In this document: positions 52,212-62,250 of the stretch, in pieces
Numbering within the stretch: position 1 is the first letter of the stretch
Layout: the number at the start of each line of letters is the position of its first letter
DNA from: Cetorhinus maximus
Taxonomy: Eukaryota
Length of the DNA: 64,000 nt
NCBI RefSeq assembly: GCF_964194155.1
Contig: NC_135881.1
Location: 142,166,001 to 142,230,000 of the forward strand
Direction: 5' to 3'
Notes under the pieces: model-generated
Database searches by the model: none
Seen by the model: only the letters and a program-made list of their open reading frames with translations
What the model was told of the DNA's origin: nothing
Position numbers and translations under genes: made by a program

Positions 52212-55200
52212 ACAGTCGGTATGTTTGACCCAGGCATGCACACAGGTCTGCCTATGCAGTGCTGCTGGGATCTGGCTCTCTGATACATGGCTCAAATACA
52301 TGGCTCTGAACTGTTTCTGAAGCAGGTGCACACAATATGACTCCAAAATTAGCTTATTTGGCAGTTCTCAAAATTTTGATCAAATGATGACCCTTAGCTA
52401 ACTGACAGAAAGCAAATAAGAGTAAGTCACAAATCTCTGCTGGTCTCCAAGAGGACATTGATCAGTTAAATGTTTACAATGTAATAAAGCTGGGGATGTG
52501 AATGAAACAAAGTTACTTTAGCCAAATTGACAGTGCCTTGACACCTCTGCCCACTAAACAAAATCGTTCTAATCATTTAATCTGTAAATGGACACAGTAA
52601 TGTACAAGTGAGCAAGGTTCTATAAATGTAGACAGAATGGACCTAGTTTTAGGATGGGGAAAGTGAGGGGGTCATTATATTATCTTAAAACAAAGCTACA
52701 CAGGATCACATCACCAGGAATACTAGTTAGGAGTGGCTCCCAGCTGGCTACAACAACAAAGTACTGAACTTTAACTAGGAGACAGAGCTTGAGATGCAGT
52801 CATTAATAATGTTTGCACACAGACTTCCTAAAGGGTTTAGGGTGTGCTTCCTTTCCAGGTCCTGATGAGACATCTGGCAGCAAACGGGGAGGGTGCGGGG
52901 AGGGGGGGCGGGGGGGGGAGAAGGTGGGAAAATAGGAGAAAATTGGCTGTAAAGGGATCCCTATCCACATTGTTAAAGCCACCTTCTTGGGGCAACAATG
53001 TATCGAGATTTCTGTGAAAGTGTTGATAAGTCTAGACTAGCCCATCCCAAGAGGAACATATTGATGTGAGTGGCTGACTTGAGGAAAGAAAGCAAAGTAA
53101 AAGATTGCAAATCAAATGGAAAATAAGTTATTAATCAAATGAGCTTTTCTGGAAAATTGGGAAAAGAAAAGATGAAAATTGTCTGTCTATCCTTGCAAAA
53201 AATTCCAGAGTGATAAACTGGGCTATATGTTTCAGTCACTAGGTATGATTCAATAATTCAGATGTTCATAGGTCAGTGCTGATGCTGGCATTGCTCGCTT
53301 AACACTGAGTCAATTGGCAATGTCAGTTGTCAGCCCTGTAAGGAGCTCTGTTTGATCACACTTGTTACCCTGCTAGTATGGCTAATTCCAAACAGGCATG
53401 GTCTGCAGCTTGAATTGATAAACATCAAAAGCCAAGCATTGTAAAAAAAAAGAAAATTAAATATTCATAATATGAAGCACTCATTGCCCTTTCTTGCATG
53501 CTTATTCTTCTAGTTCATCTGTAAGCAAGCATAGAGCAGTTAAAAACATCGATCCATCTGTTCATCATATAACTGTAGTCAGTTTAAGTAATATCCATTT
53601 GCATGCTTTACTTTCCATCTTAAGGAGTTTTTTTTAGCTGAGGTTTGGGACTTTCCATTGGAAAGTATGTTGTAGACACTTGGATGTACACAATGCGCTG
53701 TATGAATGATCAGTAATTCCAACAGGCGATCAAATCTGAATTTTGTGAAACCTATTTAGCCTAAAGGTACAATCAAAATTCTATTTTCTAATGCAGTGTA
53801 TAGAAAAAAACATATTCCCTGCAATTTTTGAGATTTCAAATGCAAAGGGTGAATTAACACAGCAAAGTTATATATCAGCCATTTTGTTCAAGAGATTAAT
53901 TTCTGTATTATTCCTACCCAAGTCACCACAATCTCCATCACTGAACTGCATAAGATACAACCAGAAAGTGATATTAAGGATTGCACTTCAGAGAGAGGTA
54001 TGACTATTATAATTTTCAACTTTAAACCCACCTATTATATAATTGCCATTTTTGAATCCTCCATTTGTCTGGTAGTCTTTCATCCATCTGGCCCCAAGTC
54101 AGATTATCATCCCTACAGCTTTAACAGTCGCAAACAGCACAATTACAAAGTGGCTTTTGATACACAGCAAGAGTTCACTTACAAAATATAGCAAAAGACA
54201 CTTGTCTGAAAAATATGTGTGTCTTTTGGTTTGGTTCATTCTTAAATGCTGCTAATAATTTATAAGTTGTTGTAGCAACCATGAATAACCAGCTTCAAAC
54301 CCTCAATGAGTGAGGAGGTGCCTACAATGTGAGCTCTCAGAGTGCATCCAACTCCCATGGCCCCTCTTTTTTCGCCCCGAGCCAATTCTAAATTATATTA
54401 CAAGAGCAGTCTCTATCTATGTTGAGAGTGCTTCCATTAATTCTTTGAAATTCCAGAATGCAAGCAAGATTCTCACAAAAAGAACTCTCATGCTAGAAGT
54501 AGATGTTTCCCAGTGCTGTTCCATAATTACAACACAATACCAGCATTGTCATGAGGATTTCAATAAAGCGTAATGGTAGGCACATCAAATTTTCATCCTA
54601 CGTCCACTTCAGCTGTGAAAACTACCCAGCAATGTAATAATAGACTTCATCCTGCCAACCTCGGGTTGTGTCTTTGTGCTATTAACATGAGGGTGATATA
54701 CTGGTGATTACCATCCAGTGTTTGGAGTAATTAGAGGTGATGAATTAAAAGTAGCAGAGACCATTGAGGCAGTTAGACCATAACTGCTACATTGGGGCAA
54801 AGCACTTTTGTCGCACACCAATGTGCAGTGATTGTGTAAATGCAGCCTGATTCCTGGGTCAACAGAGGAGGGAGTTCACCCTGCTTTGTTTTTGAATCAA
54901 TTGGAGCCTTCATACCAATTTCCACTCCAATCTTAGCTTATGATACATTAAGGTTTTGGCTTCACACTGTAAGCCTCAACTTGTGGAGAGTGAATGCACC
55001 ATAAAATATTTCCGCGTCAATTTACTTAATAAACCTAGTGACAACATTGAATAAGTGAGCTGACAAATAGCCTTAGACATACCTTTCCATTGGGTTGCCT
55101 TTCCTCCTGATACTACATTACAAAGTAACAGCATTGTCATTTAAGCATAGGAGAAATTCATTCAAATTACAATTTAAATATCTAAAGTTTAACAATGTGA

Positions 55201-55479
55201 ACTAAATAGTACAGAATTATTTCCATCCAGACACAAACATTTACAATTAAAAAATTGCTGGGGCCGTTCCCGAATAAGTTGTTTAAAGCATGCTCTACAG
55301 ACCAGAGGACGGTTGGCTGGAACAGCAAATCATATAATATTTGAAGAAAACAAGCACTAAGTGACTTTGTTTGATTGTCACCATTGCACTTAAACTCACT
55401 GGGCCACTTTTACCTTGCAAAAGTGTCAGTTTGACCAACAAAATTTGTCAGCAACTTGAAGGTGATAATACTACCACGC

Positions 55480-56230
55480 ACACCTAGGCTTGGGTGTATA
55501 ATTAGCAAGTAACATTCATGTCACACAAGTGGCAGGCAATGACCATCTCCAACAAAAAAGAGTGTAACAACCTCCCTTTGACATTCAATGGCATTACCAT
55601 AATCAAATTCTGGTCACCAAACTGACCAGAAACATAACTGGACCAGCCACATAAGTACTATGGCTACACTAGCAGTTAAGAGGCTTGGGTTTTCTGTGGC
55701 AAGTAACTCACCTCCCAAGTGACGGAATACTCTCTAATTGTCTGGATGAGTGCAACTCCAGAACCATTCAAGATGCTCAATGCCATCCAGGCCAAAGCAG
55801 CACATTTGATTGGCGCCTCGAGCACTACCTTAAACATACACTCTCTCCACCACTGGCATAACATGGCTGTAGATGAAACCATTCATAAGACGCACTGCAG
55901 CAAATCACCAAGGCTTCTTGAACAGCATCTCCTAAACCCACAACTTCTAACACCTAGGAAGACAAGGTCATGAGATGGATGGGAACACCGCCACCTCTAA
56001 GGTCCCCTCCAAATCACACACCATCTTATCTTGGAAATAAATCGTCCTTCTTACATAGTCCCTAGATAAAAGTCCTGGAGCTCAAACCAAAAACATTGTG
56101 GGATCGCCTTCACCACATGGACTGCAGCAGCTTAAGTAAACAACTCACCACCACCTTCTCAAAAGCAATTAGGGATGGGCAACAAATTTGCCAGTGATGC
56201 CTACATCCTGTGAATGAATATTTAAAAAGA
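55480..56230 (+). mobile_element. LINE 3' fragment (CR1-clade, second family)
   Basis: EYSLIVWMSATP..LNAIQAKAAHLIG..LNIHSLHHW (ORF 55719-55973). Tail gcaattagggatgggcaa...cacatcctgtgaatgaat. Confidence 0.75.
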
Positions 56231-57034
56231 AAACAATTTTAACAGTAATTGCAAAATAAGCACCCAATATTTTATTTGCTTTCTTTTAATGTAATTGTTG
56301 CAATTTCTGTGTGTTAACTGGTATGACTGACAATCAGTCCACTGCAGCACACACATCTGTCACTAATATAGCTTGTCAGAAACATAAATAATATCACGTT
56401 CTAGTGCATTATCTCGATAATGTGCATGTGGTTAGTTATAAAGGAGAGCTCTGACTATCTGGCTCAGTGCCAGCAGTTCCCCGCATTTTTATAATTAAAT
56501 ACCAATGTCAAATCAGTATCCTGAATTTTTTTAAAACACTGTGCGTCATGGCTGTTCAACATATTGACTAATGATTTTCACATATGTACCCCTGAATAGA
56601 AAGCCTCTAAGCTGATTAAATCATGACAATCGCCTCTGACGTTAATCCCATTCCATCCCAGTAGTTTACGCATCTAATTCATATTCTATGTGATGCAATA
56701 CACAGAACCCTCGATCACAGTTCTTCATTCATGCCACTTTCTAGCCTGCACTGTTATAATGTGAAACATATTTATTTTAGAGAAACAATAACCCTTTGAA
56801 CATCAATCACCTAACGCACATGCTTTCTGTCTTACAAACAAGCACATACTGGGTGCTATCAAATTAAACAGAAAAACAGATCAATTCTTCATCCATTGCA
56901 GCTATTGATAAACTAAAAGTTACAGCAAAATTAGCCAAACAGTCCTTAATTCTGAATGAAGCCTTTCCCCTAAGGTGCTGAGATATTATACTTAAGAACG
57001 TCTAGTGAAACACGAGGCAAAGCACATGCTTATG

Positions 57035-57297
57035 TCTGTTCCCATAGCTAGTTTTTCCTGGAACAGGTCGCCAGCCTGTCATCAGTGGCTATAAGTTGAG
57101 GCAAGCCATTCCACATCTAGAATAGTTGACCAGGAGAGCCTGCCATAGGCATATCGGAAGGATTTATATGTCGATAATCAACCTGTTTGGCCATGTTATG
57201 AATGCACCTTCCGTGGCAATGACACCCAGGAGCAGGACTCAAACCTGGAGCTTCTGGCTCAGAGGCAGGGACACTACCCACTGCACTACAAGACCTC
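57035..57297 (-). mobile_element. tRNA-derived SINE
   Basis: Minus strand ggtcttgtagtgcagtgggtag (A box) ... ccaggtttgagtcctgct (B box). Confidence 0.65.
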
Positions 57298-58636
57298 CTT
57301 TAAGATACTATACAGCCTGATCTAAATTCAGTGAGGTGTGACACTGGTGAAAACCCAGTTGCTATTATGATTACAAAACATTGGAAATTGCATCCTCATT
57401 CCATTTTGAGGCTGATATAGTCACACAACTCACAAATTGTCAGTCGCTGGGTATCAGACAAAGATGAACTGAAGTGCATGAAAAGGAGCATTAAAGAAAG
57501 CTACCCTCTCAACCTTCAAATACAATCTAAAAACCTAAAACCTCACACATTTCAAGATTACCTTCTAAAACATTTTCCATAGTGCACTGTCAAATCGCCA
57601 AGTTTCATTGGATTCCACTTACTTAAGGTTGCAACCTGGACTCTGTCTAGGTCACCTATGGGGTCAACTGAGGAAATGAGATGATTGTGTTTGCAGAATA
57701 TGCTGCCTTGGTAATCAAAGTTATGAAGTTGGGGTGATTGGGGTTTGGGGCTAGGAAGAGGGAATAAGAATTTACAAATGCAGCACCTTGGACTTATTCG
57801 ATTCCACAGTGAGGGGTCTGAAACAGAGACAAGCAGTATTTTGTTGATTTTTTTCTTTTAAATTAGTTGCAATATTACACAAAATTCAACTTAATTTTTC
57901 ATAATTGTGGTAGAATCTGATTTTAAATAATAATTCAATCTTTGCAAGGTAGCTTCTTTAATAAAAAAAATCAAGATTTGAAAATTCTAACAATAATGAA
58001 TAGAACTATTATTGCCACTCTTTAATCATTACAGTAATAATGAATGTTCAGCATGATTTATGCCAGAATAGGTCTCCCATTCTAACATAAAATATGCTTC
58101 TTATTATCACCGATAAATCACCATCAATTTAGGGAGCACAATTTTGGAACATATTCGTGCTGGCTCATTCAGTCAATTCAATTGCTCACTTAATTTAATC
58201 TATCTATTGATGACCACTTACATAACTGTTACCTGTTTTCAACCATAGGCGGAGTTAACATAGAGTACAAGCCATACATCCTACCACATGAATAAGTATG
58301 AGATCACAGAAAAAGAGTAAACATCCTGTCACACAAATATTTTTTATGTCACATTCTTGTTTATAAGCACTTGATATTGCAGCAGCTCATCATATTGAAG
58401 CCCCAAAAATACTGATACCATAAACCTTGGAAATAATCTTTCAAGCACCTGTGATACCCAAGCACTGACTGGTTTATCTCAGCATTCCCACCATGATAGG
58501 CTACTGAGCAGAAACCAAACACTTACCCACAGGTAGGGAGGAAGCATCTGTGGGACAGTCACTTGGGCTAGATAACACACCTCCTAGTGGATGGTTTCTG
58601 AGCAACATTGAGAGTCCAGATTTTTAAACTCTGTGT

Positions 58637-59027
58637 CAGGGGCTTCCAACTGTGGATCCTTCGAGGCAGCAATGGTGGCCATGGAGCTTGGACTGAGTTT
58701 TGACAGCTGCGAGGCCCCTTTAAATGTTAGTATTTTTTTCTGTCCGTGGGTGTAGCTTAATCATCTGTTCTTCAAGGCTTGATTGCTGCTACAGCCACAG
58801 CCTGTAAAAAGGTGCGTTTTCACTTTTTTCAGTGTAAACACTGCAGTTTTAAAACTTCCACCCTGGTCAAGAAATATTCCCCCCACCCACCGGTCAACCG
58901 CTCACCACCGCCCGCCTATCCCTTGCTCAATGAACCTCCTCCCCTCTGTAAATTTTCACTCTGGGGCCACATGAAATCTGAGGCATTAAAATGCGGGTCA
59001 CATCAGGAAAAAGTTTGGGAAGCGCTG
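58637..59027. mobile_element. hAT (Charlie-type) non-autonomous element
   Basis: CAGGGGCTTCCAACT ... AGTTTGGGAAGCGCTG termini. 8-bp flanks ctctgtgt/ttctatgt. Confidence 0.65.
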
Positions 59028-59178
59028 TTCTATGTAATCATTACCAATTAACAATGAAAACCCAATACTGGTGAGGAAAGCTGTATCTCAGTTGCAAATG
59101 AACAGACTTTGACCAAGGCTTTAATGTCCACTGACACTGCTCCTGCATATTTATATTTTCCTTAAGCCTGAATACATT

Positions 59179-59555
59179 GGGTTAGAAATTTGTCATCTTA
59201 GACTGTGGCACAAAACGGATTTACAAACCAAGACAAGGTTGGGCTAATGAGGAACAGCAGACCAGGAAATACGAAGGTCTGTGGTCACTGGAATTCATGA
59301 GGCAATATTACCTCCAGACTTACCCTACATAAGCTGCTCTTATACTGGAAGTATTCCTTCTGCAGTAAGTTACTATAAAACCATTGTTCCACAGCCCAGC
59401 TTTGTTTTGCTTTGCATTTCTCTGAATACTCTCTGTAAATTGAAAATTGCAGTTCCATTGCAGTCAATGGAATTCAATGTTAGGCACTGTGTATTACAGG
59501 CGGCTGATCTGATACTGCCCCTTTTGCATCCCTTCTTGAGACAAATTTCCACCCC
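59179..59555. mobile_element. Same palindromic MITE family (TSD ATT) with a captured host segment
   Basis: att|gggttagaaatttgtc ... gacaaatttccacccc|att. Contains a copy of 60112-60295. Confidence 0.75.
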
Positions 59556-61469
59556 ATTGTATCCCATTTATATGAGATACCTGTGGTGTTTTGGTTATAT
59601 ACAATACTTACTCCAAATCCAACGATCGTGCTTAAATAGTTGCAATCGCACAATGAATTAATAATTTGATGTAGAGAAACCTCAAAAAGCAAGAATGGGC
59701 TGTTTCTGCACTAAAATCATAATGGAATTAAGTTATATTTGCATCAATTTTAATTTTATTAACTTCATTAAACCTTAAAAACACTGAGATATTCCCATAA
59801 AACTTTGAAGTGAAAAGTGCTTAAGGAAAGCAGTGTACAGCTGCTCTCAGCACACAGGGGACAAGTTACTGTACCATGGATTGATTTTTTTCCCTTTAAC
59901 AGCTGAAATTGCTGAATGTACATCAAACAGGTAATTTAAGTGTCTCTTACAACATTATTACATTACTAAAACCTTAGTATTGTCAGCTCCCTCAATCTCC
60001 TTTTCATTACACTGGCACAATCAAAAAAAGGTTTTTCAGATATGTGGCAGGTCAACGCAATCAATCTGCAGTCTCTGTTAGCCATTAATAAACACAGAGC
60101 CACAAAGTGCTTAATGAGGAACAGCAGGACCAGGAAATACTGGGGTCTGTGGTCACTGGTACTCATGAGACAATATTACCTCCAGATTTACCCTACATAA
60201 TCCGCTCTTGTACTGAAGGTGCTCCTTATGCACTAAGTTACAATAAAACCATCATTCCACAGCCCAGCCTTGTCTTGGTTGCTATCTGTAAATTGCAACA
60301 TAGACGCGTCAAATTTTGTTTTCTCGATTTACATGCAAAAGCACCAACTTTCCTCAAAAGGGAGCCCATAATAGAAAGACAACGATGTTGAAAGCATAAG
60401 AGGTTATTTTTGGCGGGTAGAGGGGAAACCACGATAGCCGGTTGGATCTTATTGCAATAGGATGTCGAAGAAGAATCAAATAATTAAATATTTTGATGTG
60501 AATAAACGAAGGGATCGGCACACTGAAAATGACATTCGACAAATGAAGGAAGTGTCCTGGCAAATCGAACGGAAAAAAACCCCCCCAAATACTCGAGTAA
60601 AGATGCTCGAAGCAAAAAAAGAAAACAATAAAAACAAAATCGATGTTTGTCTGTTTATAATTGAAGTGAGGTGAAGACTCTGGTCATTTCTGCCTGGGAC
60701 GAATCTTTTATCCGCAATTCTCGGGTTACGGGACCAGAAACTGACAATTTGGCTTCTGATAAAGTAAAATCCCTATTTGTTTTCCTCTTCAAGCGCAGTT
60801 AATGCTTTATTTGTTTTTTAACAGTTTGATTTTACAAGAGAGGAAACACAACCATGAAATAATACTTAGCGTCATTGAACATAATAAAAAAATAAGACCT
60901 CCCCATACCCCGAACTGGAGAGCAAAATTGTCCCTATTCTGCTTCAATACCACGCCAGCAATTAAAAATAATAATAATAATTAATAACCGGTGAAAATGA
61001 ATGAACAAAAGTGACACTTCCCTTGTAAATGTTCAGGGTGCTGCAGACAGACAGCTGAGGAGGGACTGCTGGAGATTTATTATGGCCAGCCACAGACGGA
61101 GGCACCTCTCAGCTCCTGCCCTACCCAAACAGCAGCACAGAGTGAGGGTCGTGTTTGCCATTCTTATGTCTTTCCTCACTTTTAGCGCCTGTGCCACTGT
61201 TTAGCAACTGCATTCCTCGGCACATCGTTCAAAATATGTGCGCAGAGTTGAAGTGACAAAAGTATCCAGTTACTTTTCAGCACTGTCAGAGCTCCTGCCT
61301 GCCTGCCTGCCATGGCAAAGCACTGACGGGAGATTAATACCGGTCACAACTAAACACACCAGTTCAGGGACATGTGAGGGGAGGGAGTTGTACTTAGAAG
61401 ATAATAAAGAGAGAAAACGCAAGAGTTTCTATCATATACATTATGAATAATAATGATAAAGAGACCTAC

Positions 61470-61626
61470 ATTGAGTGCTGTGCCTCTGTTGCCAGTCCCT
61501 GTGTGTCAGTCCATTGAAGCATGCAGTCAGAGCTTTCTCTTGCAGCATGCAAGAGGACGGGCTCGGAGTGTAGAAATCCAGCATTTGCCCAGGGCTGACT
61601 GCGAGAACATCCATACAGTCAAACAT
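61470..61626 (-). CDS. RARB: Retinoic acid receptor beta, isoform beta2 first coding exon (A region)
   Basis: Translates [52 protein letters not shown](S), matching the RARbeta2 N-terminus ([19 protein letters not shown]...). The 157-nt CDS part ends at a phase-1 donor CAAT|GTAGGT that joins the exon at 30079 in frame. Confidence 0.97.
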
Positions 61627-62145
61627 GACGACAGGCTGTCCACAACCTGCGAAGAAAAGTGTTTCTCCTCTCTCTCTAGGTGTGGGCAAATTTGCAAAGA
61701 AAAAGTTGTTCGAACTCCCATCAAAACTCTGCCCTTATATTTTTTTTTCCTGCCCTCTTTTTCTTGGCACGTAAGAGCTGTTGGTCTTTTTCCCAGAGCA
61801 GAATCATGAATTATGACAGACAACACAACTAAAAGCCTGTAATTGATCCAAATGATCGTTTACCATTTTTCCCCCAAAGTCAGATACGGCGCTCAATTCA
61901 AAAAGAGAGAGGGTGAAGGGGAGGAGAGGGGAAGTCAAGCTGCCTAATACTCAGCCTTGGCAGCTGCCCTTTCGCTGAGAGTCTCTTTCGCTCTTGGCTC
62001 TGTGGGACCCGCGGAAATCTCCCGATCCCTGGCACAATTTGAACGATACAAATCTGCAGCCGCAAAAATAGCTCCGCTCACCCCTCTTGTTTTCCAAAAT
62101 GGCTCGTCCTGCTTTTGACCAGCTTACTTCCTACTCCTTATGTCA
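61627..62145 (-). other. RARB: RARbeta2 5' UTR (TSS approximate) containing upstream ORFs
   Basis: Lies between the TATA box (62174-62180) and the main ATG (61626). uATGs at 61866, 61807 and 61721. TSS inferred about 25-35 nt downstream of TATA. Confidence 0.8.
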
Positions 62146-62173
62146 CACAAGCACAGTAAAAGATTGAATTGCC

Positions 62174-62180
62174 TAATATA
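62174..62180 (-). promoter_or_regulatory. TATA box of the RARbeta2 promoter
   Basis: Minus strand ...AGTTCACTTGCATATATTAGGCAATTCAATCT, the known RARbeta2 core promoter layout. Confidence 0.9.
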
Positions 62181-62186
62181 TGCAAG

Positions 62187-62203
62187 TGAACTTTCTCTGA
62201 ACC
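62187..62203 (-). promoter_or_regulatory. Canonical betaRARE (DR5) of the RARbeta2 promoter
   Basis: Minus strand GGTTCA gagaa AGTTCA, 6 bp upstream of TATATTA. Same half-sites and position as the mammalian betaRARE GGTTCAccgaaAGTTCA. Confidence 0.96.
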
Positions 62204-62216
62204 CTACCCAGGCTGC

Positions 62217-62233
62217 TAACCTTCAAATGACCC
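62217..62233 (-). promoter_or_regulatory. Auxiliary DR5 RARE upstream of betaRARE
   Basis: Minus strand GGGTCA tttga AGGTTA. Confidence 0.85.
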
Positions 62234-62242
62234 AACCTAGCC

Positions 62243-62250
62243 TGACATCA
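62243..62250 (-). promoter_or_regulatory. CRE-like element
   Basis: Minus strand TGATGTCA just upstream of the RAREs, as described for the mammalian RARbeta2 promoter. Confidence 0.7.

Noticed and set aside
57225-57297. tRNA gene
   Set aside because: A/B boxes are present but continue into a SINE body, with no intact cloverleaf evident.
59281-60391. Duplicated ORFs (VTG.HE.ILPPDLPYI) as paralogous exons
   Set aside because: Similarity comes from the local DNA duplication. They are antisense to RARB and have no splice signals or recognisable domain.
61441-61689. ORF-track N-terminal extension of RARbeta2 from a TTG start
   Set aside because: The conserved start is ATG 61626 and the exon ends at the 61470 donor. 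Nothing supports the extension.
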